IMG/VR virus record: IMGVR_UViG_3300025437_000009
Origin: a virus
Taxonomy: Duplodnaviria; Caudoviricetes
Length of the DNA stretch: 64,000 bases
Reading direction: 5' to 3' (one strand)
This document shows, piece after piece, positions 36,391-46,939 of this stretch; within the stretch, counting starts at the first letter, position 1; every line of letters starts with the position of its first letter. The notes under the pieces were generated by a model. The model was not told the DNA's origin. It was given only the letters and a program-made list of their open reading frames with translations, and ran no database searches. The translations under genes and the position numbers were made by a program.

Positions 36391-37250
36391 AGCTCTACCT
36401 CACGTTGCCATTGGCTGTCGAATACAGTTACATTTTCTTTGGTAGTACATGTGGTAATACAAGTAACGTCAGCTAATTCCACATTATTCCAATTGACACT
36501 AACTTCTTGAATATCTTGAATAAAATTCTCTTGTCTTGCACCTAACCAGCAACATGGGCTACGGCGTCCCCGTGCATCTATATATACACTTTGCTCTGCA
36601 AGTGCATGACAGTCAATCTTACCGGGGGTATATGTAGGACGATGCCAACCAACAGGTGCTTCTAATCCGTTAGTATATTCACGTTTGCTTACTTTAGCGC
36701 GAAACCATTTAAATCCCATATCACGGGCTAACTGTTCACACGCATCAACTTGGTGTTCGTTGTGTCGATATACTAGCATGTCCCAGTGGGCACTACCACC
36801 TGCGGCAATAAAGGTTGTTGCATTTTCCATTAACTTAGACCAATTGACTCCACGACGATAGATATGATTAGTATCTTCTAATCCGTCAATACTAAAGACC
36901 GCATAGTCTAAAGGTTGATTAAACATGCCAGCAAGTTCACTCCACCAACGGACATTTTGTATAGCACCGTTGGTATTCATGCCTAAGGTAATTGTGGGAT
37001 TGGCAGTTCTGAAATAACGATAAATTTCTAGAGTATGCCGACCTGCTGCGGGATCACCGTAGTTACCACACATAAACATTTTATCCAATTGACTGATAGC
37101 CTCTGGAGATAAGTGTTGCTGTATTTGCTCTACGGTTAAATGATGCTGTTGAGATTTATCAAATTGAGGATCTAATTCTCTTGCACAACTAGGGCAAGCA
37201 GCCTGACATACATCAGTAGACTCTAGATGCACAACCTTATACAACATCAA
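36384..37250 (-). CDS. Radical SAM protein, paralog of 35380-36390
   Basis: CQAACPSC, MCGNYGDP, TNG, FSIDG, RSPCCW. Confidence 0.9.
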   Translation of the reverse strand: MMLYKVVHLESTDVCQAACPSCARELDPQFDKSQQHHLTVEQIQQHLSPEAISQLDKMFMCGNYGDPAAGRHTLEIYRYFRTANPTITLGMNTNGAIQNVRWWSELAGMFNQPLDYAVFSIDGLEDTNHIYRRGVNWSKLMENATTFIAAGGSAHWDMLVYRHNEHQVDACEQLARDMGFKWFRAKVSKREYTNGLEAPVGWHRPTYTPGKIDCHALAEQSVYIDARGRRSPCCWLGARQENFIQDIQEVSVNWNNVELADVTCITTCTTKENVTVFDSQWQREVELC

Positions 37251-39006
37251 TATCCGTATTATAAGTTGTAAAGCCGTTTTCTTTAACTACGTGAAGTGTA
37301 TTGTTGACACGACCCGCTAGTTCATCTTTGTGCGACACTAACCAAATTGACTTGTTAGCTTCGCGACTCATCTTTTTCAGGATAGCTAAGGAATTCTCAA
37401 CTCCTGAACTATCCATACCGCTGTCTACTAACTCATCAATGAATAATAAGTTAATGGGTTGATATAGACTTTCCCAAACATCGCGGAAGCTCCAGCTTAA
37501 GGATAAGATTAAGCGATTGCGTTCCCCACGACTTAAATTGTCAAAGTCTAAATCTCTACCTAACTCTGTAATGGCTACAGTTAAATCATTATTAAATTTA
37601 ACTGTGTGTGGTAAGCCAATACGATCAAGATATTGTCCCAAGCGGGCATTTAAATAACTTAAATTCTGATCAATAATACGTTTACGAATAAACGAGTCTT
37701 TGTTAGTTAATAGTTTAAGCAAGAACTCCTGATGTTCTTTGATGTTAGTTAACTCATTGATTGTATCATACGATATTTCTTCTACACCCTGTGTTTGCAT
37801 TTCAGCAATCTGCTCTACATACGGATCAGACTCTGCAACCTTAGCAGTAAGTTGTTTAACTAGATTGTCTACAGTAGCTTGATGGTGAATAGCATCCGAT
37901 TCATTGTTATAAAATGTTACTGGACGCGGACCCAATTTGCCCAACCCATCGTGAGCAGACTGTAGTTCAGCCAAGGTGGCAACATACTGTTCCTGATTCT
38001 GCTGTGCTGTTGATAATTCTCTCTGCTTGAGTCCCATAACAGATTGGTGCTTTTCGTCATGGAAATCCTGTCCACAGGTATGACACGTATGATTCTCCAG
38101 CGAAACAAGTTCTGCTGATATCTTGCTAATTGTTTTTTCCTCACGGGAAATGTCCAGTTTTGTGCGACTGATCGCCGAAGATAATTCGTTGAGATCCTTT
38201 CGAGTCTGATCCCACGTTTTAAACGCCTGGTGTGCCTGAATCTCGGCCTGGATGTCAATTTTCTGTAGCTCTTCAATCGCTGATTGAATCTTGTTAATTT
38301 CTTCATCGTGTTTGTTGTTCCATAGCGTTTGTCTACGCTTTAGGCTTTCTATTTGTTCTTCGATGCGTTTATTAGCATCGCCTACAGCTTTGATACGGAA
38401 TTCTTCTTGTGTGATAGCATCTTTAGTAGCTTTATTAGACTCTTTTAATCGATCAGCCTTTTCACTTAATAGTGTAATACCTAATAACTGTTCAATAATG
38501 GTACGTTGATCATTGGCTTTTAAACTAAGGAATGGCTCGGTATAGGTATTAAGAGCTACAATATGTTTGAACATATCGTGACTCATACCCAACATACGTT
38601 CTATTTCGGCCTGTGTCTCACGGCTGTCACCTTGTGCATCGTCGGTAATTTCTTTTTCTTGATCGCCCACAAAGAACTTCATAACACCTGGCTTACGACC
38701 ACGTTCGATGCGATAGTTAATGCCATCTTTTTCAAAATCAATGGTGACCATCATGTTTTTACCATTGGTCTTATTAATTAAGTTATCTTTCTTAATGTTA
38801 GTAAGAGCATTGCCGTAAAGTGCAAAACTCAGTGCATTAATAATAGTAGTCTTACCCGTACCATTGCGTGCTCCGCTATCATCACCGCCTAAGTCCAAGT
38901 TTTCACCTAAGACTAGCGTTAAATCTTGCCGGTCAAAGTTAACAGCCTGGGTACTATTACCCACGCTCATGAAATTCTTAACGGTTAGGTCTTTTATTTT
39001 AAACAT
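37237..39006 (-). CDS. gp46: Rad50/SbcC-like recombination ATPase, T4 gp46-like
   Basis: Walker A NGTGKTT, zinc hook CHTC, signature LSRGE, Walker B LFIDE-VD, H-loop SH. Confidence 0.95.
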   Translation of the reverse strand: MFKIKDLTVKNFMSVGNSTQAVNFDRQDLTLVLGENLDLGGDDSGARNGTGKTTIINALSFALYGNALTNIKKDNLINKTNGKNMMVTIDFEKDGINYRIERGRKPGVMKFFVGDQEKEITDDAQGDSRETQAEIERMLGMSHDMFKHIVALNTYTEPFLSLKANDQRTIIEQLLGITLLSEKADRLKESNKATKDAITQEEFRIKAVGDANKRIEEQIESLKRRQTLWNNKHDEEINKIQSAIEELQKIDIQAEIQAHQAFKTWDQTRKDLNELSSAISRTKLDISREEKTISKISAELVSLENHTCHTCGQDFHDEKHQSVMGLKQRELSTAQQNQEQYVATLAELQSAHDGLGKLGPRPVTFYNNESDAIHHQATVDNLVKQLTAKVAESDPYVEQIAEMQTQGVEEISYDTINELTNIKEHQEFLLKLLTNKDSFIRKRIIDQNLSYLNARLGQYLDRIGLPHTVKFNNDLTVAITELGRDLDFDNLSRGERNRLILSLSWSFRDVWESLYQPINLLFIDELVDSGMDSSGVENSLAILKKMSREANKSIWLVSHKDELAGRVNNTLHVVKENGFTTYNTDIDVV

Positions 39007-39706
39007 AAGTGATTATATAATAATTCTGCCAAGTGAGTGTGACCATCTTCTAATATGTGTCCGTTTGGCCCACACGGAAATTTTTTACATAAATCTTGAA
39101 TATAAAACTTATTCCAATTATAAAACATTGATGTGTCGATTAGTTGTATATAGTACTGTATTTCGTTGTATTCGTCAAATATTTGTTCATCAGTCATGAT
39201 ATCAAAATTAATTAACTCTCTAACTGAATCTATAAACTGTCCTTTGGGTGCAAACCATTTATCCATATTATTATGCATAGTATTAATCATTAAACACGGT
39301 GCTTTAATAAAAGATTGTAATTGTATAATTTGCTGAAGCCATAATTTAAAAGCATAAAGTTCATTATACCAGACATTGTATAAGGTCTCCCCCAATTATG
39401 ATAAAATGAATCTTTACCATACATACTGTGTCGCAAGCCCGGATTAAAGTTTACTTCATAATTGTTATCTGATTTATAAAAAGTAAATCTAGTATTGGTA
39501 GTCCACGCTATAACATACAAATCAAAATTATATTGATATTGTTTAATAGTGCGGTACATAGTTCTATAATTTGTGCCGCCACTCGTTGCATCATTTACAG
39601 TTGTTGCACCTAACAAGGTACCCAACTGCACTGGCCATGCAGACGTTTCGGGTGATTGTAATTCGTCACCGTAAGTAAATGAACATCCATTGGTATAAAT
39701 CTTCAT
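38994..39706 (-). pseudogene. SGNH-fold gene split by a frameshift at a G5 run (ORFs 39290-39706 and 38994-39395)
   Basis: The N-half has NGCSFTYG, the C-half has the H..GH motif (HILEDGH). One extra G at 39389-39393 would give a ~237-aa protein, matching the 235-aa SGNH paralog. Confidence 0.65.
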
Positions 39707-40722
39707 AGATTTCTATAGATGTCTAACAATAAATTTGGATTGTATTGATTGCTGTCAATGTTGCTTAACTGACTATACACGATTTGATCGACCGACTCAA
39801 ACTCAATATTACCAGCTATTTCGTAATCAGTCAGGTCTGTTACTTTGGCCGGAATCAATGTGATCTCTCTCAGCTGGTAAGTATCAATAAATGTTTCTTT
39901 GATAAACGTGGCTTCTTCGTAGCTGATATCGATATCCAAATTCACACGCACATGCATGTTGGGTTTGAGCATGACTTCGGTATGTTTGAGCACGTCGCTT
40001 AGATTAAACACACGATACATAGGTTGCTCGGGCCAAGCATGATACACAGGAGGTTTATCCCACTCTAAGATCATTAGGCCACGATCGTCGTCGCCAGCAT
40101 CAGCATAGTTGTGAGGAAAGCAATTGCCTAGATAAGTTACATTACCACGAGTTTGACGTTTATGGAAATGTCCGGAGAACACGTGTTCAAATCCAGCTAG
40201 ATCATTCTTGGGATCTACTTCACCATGATCTGGCATAGCAACCATAGCGTTCATTAGGTAGCCGGGCAACTCAAAGTGCCCAAACATGTACTTGCCCTTT
40301 AGTTTTTTTAACTTTTTAAAATCGTCGCCAACAAGCCACGGAGCAATAGTGACATCGCCGATAGTAGTCCAATCGTTACAAATATGGATGTTAGTAAGGT
40401 GTTTGGCCCACTCCACACTTTGTACATCACGCTTATCGCGATAATACAAATCATGGTTGCCCGGAATAAAGTACGTGTTGTCGAAGTTAGCATTCAAATG
40501 CTCCAGTGCTTGTAAACTGTATTGTAGTGTAAGGATGTTAATGCTAGCACGATTATTGTGCCAGTCACCTAAGAATAAACAGGTATCACAGCCTTCTTCC
40601 AGAGCTTTAGCAGTGGCCCATTTTACAAAATTTAAACAGTCTTCGTTGTGTAGCGTGCTATTTGATTTTAGTCCAAAATGGATGTCAGTAAAAATAGCCG
40701 CTTTCTTAAAAAGGTTTGTCAT
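39703..40722 (-). CDS. gp47: Mre11/SbcD-like nuclease, T4 gp47-like (start taken as ATG 40722)
   Basis: TDIHFG, LGDWH, PGNHD, FGHFE, SGHFH metallophosphoesterase motifs. TATACT -10 box just upstream of ATG 40722. Confidence 0.95.
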   Translation of the reverse strand: MTNLFKKAAIFTDIHFGLKSNSTLHNEDCLNFVKWATAKALEEGCDTCLFLGDWHNNRASINILTLQYSLQALEHLNANFDNTYFIPGNHDLYYRDKRDVQSVEWAKHLTNIHICNDWTTIGDVTIAPWLVGDDFKKLKKLKGKYMFGHFELPGYLMNAMVAMPDHGEVDPKNDLAGFEHVFSGHFHKRQTRGNVTYLGNCFPHNYADAGDDDRGLMILEWDKPPVYHAWPEQPMYRVFNLSDVLKHTEVMLKPNMHVRVNLDIDISYEEATFIKETFIDTYQLREITLIPAKVTDLTDYEIAGNIEFESVDQIVYSQLSNIDSNQYNPNLLLDIYRNL

Positions 40723-40756
40723 GTTTTGTAGTATACAGTCTTGTTGATATAAAAGT

Positions 40757-42154
40757 CTAGTAGTAACCCATGGCTTTGGCAATTTCTGTATGAGTATCCA
40801 TAAAGCTCTGCTCACGTTCGGCATCAAAACGTTTCATATACTCAACAAATTTTAAGTTTTCATCCACTGCGGTTACATTTTCTATATAGGTAATTATTGG
40901 AGTAATAGACGGGTCATTTCGATATTGGCGCAATTTGTCTAAAACCAATTGTTTGGCACGATTGGTCAGCATGTCAATAGAAAGTTCAGATGGAGTAACT
41001 ACGCGATTATTCAATAAGGGTGGTGTAGAACAATCCAACGATCTAATCCAATCCATTAATTCTGGAAGATACAATACATTCATGATGCTGACAGTGGGGT
41101 ATATGTCAGTTAAAAACCAATCAGATCTCCGTTCATTATATTTTTTAATATTAGTACAAACAGATTCCCAACTAGCACCGTTTCGTTCTAATTCAAATCT
41201 TTTGCCCGTGTTGTCAATGCTAAAACTAATCTTAACTTCTTTAAAATTTTTCCATAGCTCAAAAAATTTTTCTGAATATATAGTACCGTTGCTGTTGTAA
41301 TCGATTTTAATATTCTTAGACACTCCCAAATCTACTAGTCTACGTAAAAATACAAAGTGACGTTTTGACATTAGCGGCTCACCGCCATACAAATCAAGGT
41401 ATTTAAGATTCCCAGCCAAGCGTTCAATTTGGTTGTAAAAATCGTCAGATTCGCTCCATGCAGTTGATTGTTTGATAATATCGAATTTGACTTGGGAAAT
41501 TCTTTTGCTCTTGAGATACAGATCTGCAATACGAGAACTGTCAGACGGAGCACAGATTCGGCAGGATAAATTGCAAGCATTGCCTAATTTTAAATCCAAT
41601 ATCTGTAGGTTACTGACGTCATCTTTTTGATAGTCTACAGAAAAGTACAGGTCGCGAAATTTATGTCGTGCTGCTTGTCGCATGCTAGTAATACCGCTGG
41701 CCTCATTTTTCCAGCAGTAGTGACACCCATCGGGTTTTTGACCCTTGCGAAATTGTTCACGCAGAGTCTGCATTTGATTGCCGGTGTAAAAAGTAACCAA
41801 TTGATCATCATCGTTGAGATTGCCGACGCGACCATCAAAAACACAACAAGGTTGCATTTCGCCGTTAGTCCAAACAACTGTATTGATCCAAGGGTAGATA
41901 CAGTGAGAATCTGGAATAGATAGGTCTTGTACAGGTAAAGACGTGTCTGAGTCAAAGATCACAAAAAAATCAGGAATATCTACGAATTCTAGTATTTCTT
42001 TAACTAATTTTACAGTATCAACAGAATCAGGATTATAAGAAAAAATAATACGCTCATCATCTCCATATGGATCTTTTTTAAGTGCTAGTATTCTGTTGTA
42101 AAGTGGCGGTATACTGGTATAATCAGGCAATACTATCCTGTCTAATACTTGCAT
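40757..42154 (-). CDS. Radical SAM protein with N-terminal twitch-like cysteine domain
   Basis: C-YPW...PCC...C-YCW, then CNLSCRIC, GGEPL, SNGT, SID. Confidence 0.9.
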   Translation of the reverse strand: MQVLDRIVLPDYTSIPPLYNRILALKKDPYGDDERIIFSYNPDSVDTVKLVKEILEFVDIPDFFVIFDSDTSLPVQDLSIPDSHCIYPWINTVVWTNGEMQPCCVFDGRVGNLNDDDQLVTFYTGNQMQTLREQFRKGQKPDGCHYCWKNEASGITSMRQAARHKFRDLYFSVDYQKDDVSNLQILDLKLGNACNLSCRICAPSDSSRIADLYLKSKRISQVKFDIIKQSTAWSESDDFYNQIERLAGNLKYLDLYGGEPLMSKRHFVFLRRLVDLGVSKNIKIDYNSNGTIYSEKFFELWKNFKEVKISFSIDNTGKRFELERNGASWESVCTNIKKYNERRSDWFLTDIYPTVSIMNVLYLPELMDWIRSLDCSTPPLLNNRVVTPSELSIDMLTNRAKQLVLDKLRQYRNDPSITPIITYIENVTAVDENLKFVEYMKRFDAEREQSFMDTHTEIAKAMGYY

Positions 42155-42163
42155 ACTGCCCTT

Positions 42164-43057
42164 TTAATCGTCGTAACCGCCGTCGCTACCACCTGCGGTG
42201 CTACTGATCTTAGCACCTTGGCGTGTGTAACTTGGGGTTAGGTTGTTCATTTCCAGAATATCGTCTCGCAAATTTTGATTACGCTTTTCGATATTAAGTA
42301 CCCGAGTAAATGAATTGGTGATAGCAGCAGTATAATAGGCAAACGGGTTTTGTGATTTGAATTCGTCAAATTGTAGTCCAATCTGTGATAGTTGTAGTAG
42401 TGCTTGTGAGCGCATTTCGTCGTTGTAGGTATAACCACGCCAGTTGCTACGTGTGGCATAGCGTTCGCACAGTTTAATAAACATATGAGCTAGCTTAGGA
42501 GTCATCTTGCCGTGGTCTTTTGAGAAATGCCCTTTGGCTAAATCACCCTTCCAATGACTACGTCCCACTAGAATAGGAGTTCCTTCTTCGTCGACTTTGT
42601 AGTGTTCAAACGGCGGAAAGTTTACTTTAACATATTTGGTATTGCCTGCAATATCTAGTTCGTCATCGTCGTATTCTGAACGTGCTGGCCCGTCATCTTC
42701 CAATTCCATGGCTTTGACTGCGGCCTTGCGTGATTTGACATCATCTACAGGAATATGATCCCAAGTCATAACACGGAATACTACATCGGTATCTGGAACA
42801 TCTTTAAGTTTGATTTCAAATTCATCCATTTTACGTTTAGTACCATCTGCGGTAGCGGCTTCGTGTGCTAATTTTTGTAAGCGGACAGCACGGTCTTTGC
42901 GTGCTTGCATGATGTTCTTTTTATTGATCTTTTTTACATCTGGGAGAATCATATCATAGTCTGCTACATTTGGTGTTTGGAAGTAACAGTAGCTATTTTT
43001 ACTTTTATGAATTTCTTTGAGAATATCTTTGTTATTGAGATAGTTATTGCGGGCCAT
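42164..43057 (-). CDS. gp55: Late-transcription sigma factor, T4 gp55-like
   Basis: NYLNNKD-L, NWRGYTY-DEM, FDEFKSQNPFAYYT-----SF--VL--EK. Consistent with the T4-type late promoters in this window. Confidence 0.85.
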   Translation of the reverse strand: MARNNYLNNKDILKEIHKSKNSYCYFQTPNVADYDMILPDVKKINKKNIMQARKDRAVRLQKLAHEAATADGTKRKMDEFEIKLKDVPDTDVVFRVMTWDHIPVDDVKSRKAAVKAMELEDDGPARSEYDDDELDIAGNTKYVKVNFPPFEHYKVDEEGTPILVGRSHWKGDLAKGHFSKDHGKMTPKLAHMFIKLCERYATRSNWRGYTYNDEMRSQALLQLSQIGLQFDEFKSQNPFAYYTAAITNSFTRVLNIEKRNQNLRDDILEMNNLTPSYTRQGAKISSTAGGSDGGYDD

Positions 43058-43083
43058 CCTTTGTTTCCTTTAAAGTTAGCACA

Positions 43084-43113
43084 TACTAACATATTTAATT
43101 TCCAAAGGTCAAC
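43084..43113 (-). promoter_or_regulatory. sigma70-like promoter for the gp55-like gene
   Basis: Minus strand TTGACC, 18 nt, TAGTAT with an extended TG. Confidence 0.5.
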
Positions 43114-43156
43114 CTATTTTTAAAATAATTATAATATACGCATATAATAGCTACCG

Positions 43157-43163
43157 ATAAATA
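43157..43163 (+). promoter_or_regulatory. Late promoter (leaderless) of the baseplate operon
   Basis: GATAAATA, then 5 nt, then ATG at 43169. No SD. Confidence 0.7.
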
Positions 43164-43168
43164 CTTGT

Positions 43169-44161
43169 ATGCCAGTGCTACCTAATCAACCTCTACAGAC
43201 AGCCGTAACTAACCAAACTGGTAGTTTCGGTGCCCAAATTGCCCAATCTGTTACTAACAGTTTGGAAGGGTCCCTTGGGTTAAACCCATCAATGTCACGC
43301 CAAAACGTGTCTAGTATGTTTGCTTATACTCATAATACACAGGGACCTAATATAGTGGTAAATTATCCGCAGGCCAACTACGATTGGCGTGTTCGTGTAA
43401 CGCTAGCACCCAACAGTACATACTTTTATAACGATACCAGTAACAATTTATTAAGCCCGCTACGCACAGAATCTAGTAACAATGTGACCAGTGCAGTAGT
43501 ACAAAGTGTTAATAATATTTTTGGAGCCAGCGGACAAACACGTATTGGTGTTGTGTTTCCCTATACTCCCACAGTACAGGTCACACATACTGCAAACTAT
43601 TCAGCACAAAAATTAACACATAACAATTACACACAGTACTACTATGATAATTCAGAAGTTGGTGCAATTACTATCAACGGCGAATTCACAGTACAGAACG
43701 TAAACGAAGGTCAGTATCTATTAGCAACAATTTACTTCTTTAGATCAATTACCAAAATGTTTTTTGGGGCAGACTCAGCAGCAGGCAATCCGCCGCCGAT
43801 TGTTTACCTAAACGGTTACGGACAATATTATCTACCAAACGTGCCTTGTGTTTGTACCAACTTCAGTCATACTATGCCGGATACTGTGGACTACGTTGAC
43901 ATTCCAGAACCTGGATTAAATTATAATCCTACCGTAACTAATCCTGTATTAAATAGTACACGCTTGCCAACTACTAGTACAATTAGCCTTACGCTACAAC
44001 CAGTCTACAGCAGACTTTCACAGAGCCAAGGATTTAGTCTACAAGACTTTGCTCGTGGTGCATTAATCAATGCCGCGGGCAGTGGTGGAGCAGCAAGCGC
44101 ATTTGGTGCAACACAAACACCACTCAACGGAGGCACACCGGGCGCTGGAGGATTCTTATAA
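43169..44161 (+). CDS. Tail-tube initiator-like baseplate protein (gp48/gp54-type)
   Basis: GVVFPYTP, I-I-GEFT, PPIVYL-GYG...VPCV--NFS tube-fold-like motifs. First gene of the baseplate module. Confidence 0.5.
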   Translation: MPVLPNQPLQTAVTNQTGSFGAQIAQSVTNSLEGSLGLNPSMSRQNVSSMFAYTHNTQGPNIVVNYPQANYDWRVRVTLAPNSTYFYNDTSNNLLSPLRTESSNNVTSAVVQSVNNIFGASGQTRIGVVFPYTPTVQVTHTANYSAQKLTHNNYTQYYYDNSEVGAITINGEFTVQNVNEGQYLLATIYFFRSITKMFFGADSAAGNPPPIVYLNGYGQYYLPNVPCVCTNFSHTMPDTVDYVDIPEPGLNYNPTVTNPVLNSTRLPTTSTISLTLQPVYSRLSQSQGFSLQDFARGALINAAGSGGAASAFGATQTPLNGGTPGAGGFL

Positions 44162-44469
44162 TGACAGCAAAATACGCTACCACTAGTCCATATTATGGTA
44201 CATCTACCTGGGGTCAGTTTCTTGATGTTTGGAAATACAATACCCTAACTATTCCTGCTGCGGTAACAGATGCACTTTATCAAATTGATCCACCCTACGA
44301 CAATCGTCCAGATTTACTGGCCCACGACTTGTACGGAGACAGTAACCTATGGTGGGTATTTGCTGTTCGTAATCCAGATGTCCTAATAGATCCCTTGCTT
44401 AATTTTGTAGCACCAGCAGTAATATACATTCCAACAAAAGAAACCGTGCAGACAGCACTAGGATTGTAA
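44161..44469 (+). CDS. gp53: Baseplate wedge subunit, gp53-like (LysM-like)
   Basis: RPDLLAHDLYGDSNLWWVFA..N....P. Confidence 0.85.
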   Translation: MTAKYATTSPYYGTSTWGQFLDVWKYNTLTIPAAVTDALYQIDPPYDNRPDLLAHDLYGDSNLWWVFAVRNPDVLIDPLLNFVAPAVIYIPTKETVQTALGL

Positions 44470-44472
44470 TCG

Positions 44473-46926
44473 ATGGCTGATCCAATTACAATTAATGGCG
44501 TTGCTATACTTGCCGATGTCAATCCAACTGCTGCTGCAACAATAGTTCCACCAACTGGTTATCAAGTCGCAACACAGGCCCAAGCAGGATTTGTAGATGG
44601 TGTACCAGCAACTTCGGGAACCTATTACGACGACACATTGAATGCTTGGCTAACGCCTACTACTGCTACTGCATCTACTACTAACTCTAATTCCAATAAC
44701 AATGCCAATGGCGTAGGAGGAAGTGCAACTAATAACAGTAGTACTGGTAATGGAACTGGTAATGGAACTGGTAATGGAACTGGCACAAATTCTAATACTA
44801 GTACTGGTCCTGGAACAGTTAAAATTCCTGCAACTACCACAGTGGTGCCTAATCCGTTGCATCAGTTTGCTAGTTGGACTTATTCATGGAGCCTATGGTG
44901 GCTTGACGTTGCTGACTACAATGGCATGATGGTTGGTGCTGATGCAGGTGCTGGAAATTCTTATGTGCTGAGTCCAAAAAGTTATGTTGTTGCTGAGGAC
45001 AGCGGTCTTTATCCCAATCGCAGACTGCCAACACAGGCCGGCCTAAACTACAATATACAAACAGTAAACTTTAACACAATTATTGGCAACAATTCAAAAT
45101 CTAAAAGCACTAACATAATCGACGGCACTTTGACAATCTTAGAGCCTTATGGTGTTACACTGATTGATAGCCTAGCACAAGCAGCTCTTAGCTTAAATTC
45201 GGGTTACAATTATTTACAACAACCATATATGTTGCAGTTAGATTTTAAAGGCTACGACAATGCTGGAAATCCTATTCCAGACAGTACTACTACACTCTAT
45301 AGAAAACGTTTTCCAATTAAAATTAATACTATGAAAGTCAAGGTGACTAACAAAGGTGCAGAGTATCAAATTGCCTACACCCCAACCGGCCATCAAGCGC
45401 ACTATCCAGAGCATTCAAGAACTCCCAAGAACGTATCAGTAACAGTACCCGGCGGTACAGTACAAGAATTTCTTAATAATTTTGCAATAATCTTAAACAC
45501 CTATTGGCAACTTGAAGTCAATGACGGCAAAGCCCAATACGCTGATACTATAAAATTTGATATGGATCCTGCCATTGCATCAAGCAAGATCATTTACCCA
45601 GATCAGGACAGCGTTACGCAGGCCAATCCCGATGCCAATTCTATACAATTAACTGGCGGAGCATTTGATATCCCGGCCGGTACACAAATTACTACAGTAA
45701 TACAAAAAGTTCTTGAAAAATCAAGTTACTTACGTGACCAATTAGGATTGGACTTTCAAAACCTAACAGCCGCACAGCAACAAACAAATTTAACACAAAT
45801 TTTAAACACTTTCAAAACTGTTTGTACAAACAATTATGCAGGAACTGATGCTGCCGGAAATGTAAATTCTGGAGTATTTGATAATATACGAAACACTTAT
45901 CCAGCACAGTTTACCTATAATATACATCAGTACCCCAACCTAAATCCAGCCAATCATCCAGCAGCGCCGTTTTTAACTGACAGTCGAGCTCATACTGTTA
46001 AAAATTATAACTATATCTATACTGGTAAAAATGTAGACATATTAGATCTTAAAATTGATTTTGATGCTACGTACTATACTGCGGTAGCGGCATATACTGC
46101 ACAGTTTGCCGCAACACAAGCAACTCCTAGTACTGGACTTAATACATCAATAGCCAATGGGGGTGTGATCCTGTTGAGTCCACAACTCTTGGCTGCAAGT
46201 GGCGCAGTAGCTGGATTCAAAAATATTACTAACTTAACTCCACTTAAATATCGTGCAGTCAACAACGATCAAAGAGAAACCATCGGTCTAGGCATTATTA
46301 ATGACCCCACAGCGCAAACTGTGGCCAATGTTATGAAAAGTCTATACACCAATTTCAAAGGGGATATGGTCACACTAGAACTACAGATAGTTGGCGACCC
46401 AACATTAATTAAACAAGATGATTGGTTGTATGTGCCTAGTCCAACAACAAGTACAATATACAACAGTTGGGACAGTCAAAGTCAAAATGACTTTGCAGGA
46501 CGTTACGGACATGTGCGTATGGATGTCGGATCTTTGATGTTCTCGGTAACTATTAATACTCCATTGGACATAGACACTGACTGGACCAATCAAGGGGTGG
46601 TGTTTCCGCAACCTGGCACTTACAAGAGCTTGTTTAGTGGGCAATACCAATGCACCGGAATTAAAAATAGTTTTGCCAATGGTAAATTTGAACAGACCCT
46701 TACGCTAAACCGTGTTATTAATGGCGATTTAATAAATTCGGCAGCTCCAGCGGCAGCAACCAACGGTAGAGATTCTAGTACTAATGGTGGTGCTAGTCAA
46801 ACACAAACAAAACAAAACTCACTTAATCAAACAGTACAACAAAATTCTGGTAGTACAGCAACTCCAGCTAATGGCTCAGTAGCAAGTCCAAATGCCCAAG
46901 AAAATAGTACTCAAGCACGACAATAG
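44473..46926 (+). CDS. Baseplate hub protein (gp27-like position)
   Basis: 817 aa between gp53 and the gp5-like gene, with L-I-GDP and G-Y...F-NG-F-Q-L motifs. Confidence 0.55.
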   Translation: MADPITINGVAILADVNPTAAATIVPPTGYQVATQAQAGFVDGVPATSGTYYDDTLNAWLTPTTATASTTNSNSNNNANGVGGSATNNSSTGNGTGNGTGNGTGTNSNTSTGPGTVKIPATTTVVPNPLHQFASWTYSWSLWWLDVADYNGMMVGADAGAGNSYVLSPKSYVVAEDSGLYPNRRLPTQAGLNYNIQTVNFNTIIGNNSKSKSTNIIDGTLTILEPYGVTLIDSLAQAALSLNSGYNYLQQPYMLQLDFKGYDNAGNPIPDSTTTLYRKRFPIKINTMKVKVTNKGAEYQIAYTPTGHQAHYPEHSRTPKNVSVTVPGGTVQEFLNNFAIILNTYWQLEVNDGKAQYADTIKFDMDPAIASSKIIYPDQDSVTQANPDANSIQLTGGAFDIPAGTQITTVIQKVLEKSSYLRDQLGLDFQNLTAAQQQTNLTQILNTFKTVCTNNYAGTDAAGNVNSGVFDNIRNTYPAQFTYNIHQYPNLNPANHPAAPFLTDSRAHTVKNYNYIYTGKNVDILDLKIDFDATYYTAVAAYTAQFAATQATPSTGLNTSIANGGVILLSPQLLAASGAVAGFKNITNLTPLKYRAVNNDQRETIGLGIINDPTAQTVANVMKSLYTNFKGDMVTLELQIVGDPTLIKQDDWLYVPSPTTSTIYNSWDSQSQNDFAGRYGHVRMDVGSLMFSVTINTPLDIDTDWTNQGVVFPQPGTYKSLFSGQYQCTGIKNSFANGKFEQTLTLNRVINGDLINSAAPAAATNGRDSSTNGGASQTQTKQNSLNQTVQQNSGSTATPANGSVASPNAQENSTQARQ
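44743..44784. repeat. 12-bp tandem repeat (ACTGGTAATGGA)x3.5 encoding TGNG
   Basis: Directly visible in the low-complexity linker. Confidence 0.85.
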
Positions 46927-46939
46927 GAAAATTCAATAA

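Noticed and set aside
40723-40827. N-terminal extension of the Mre11-like ORF in the ORF track
   Set aside because: It overlaps the radical SAM gene. A -10 box just before ATG 40722 and the family start (…AAIFTDIHFG) support the later start.
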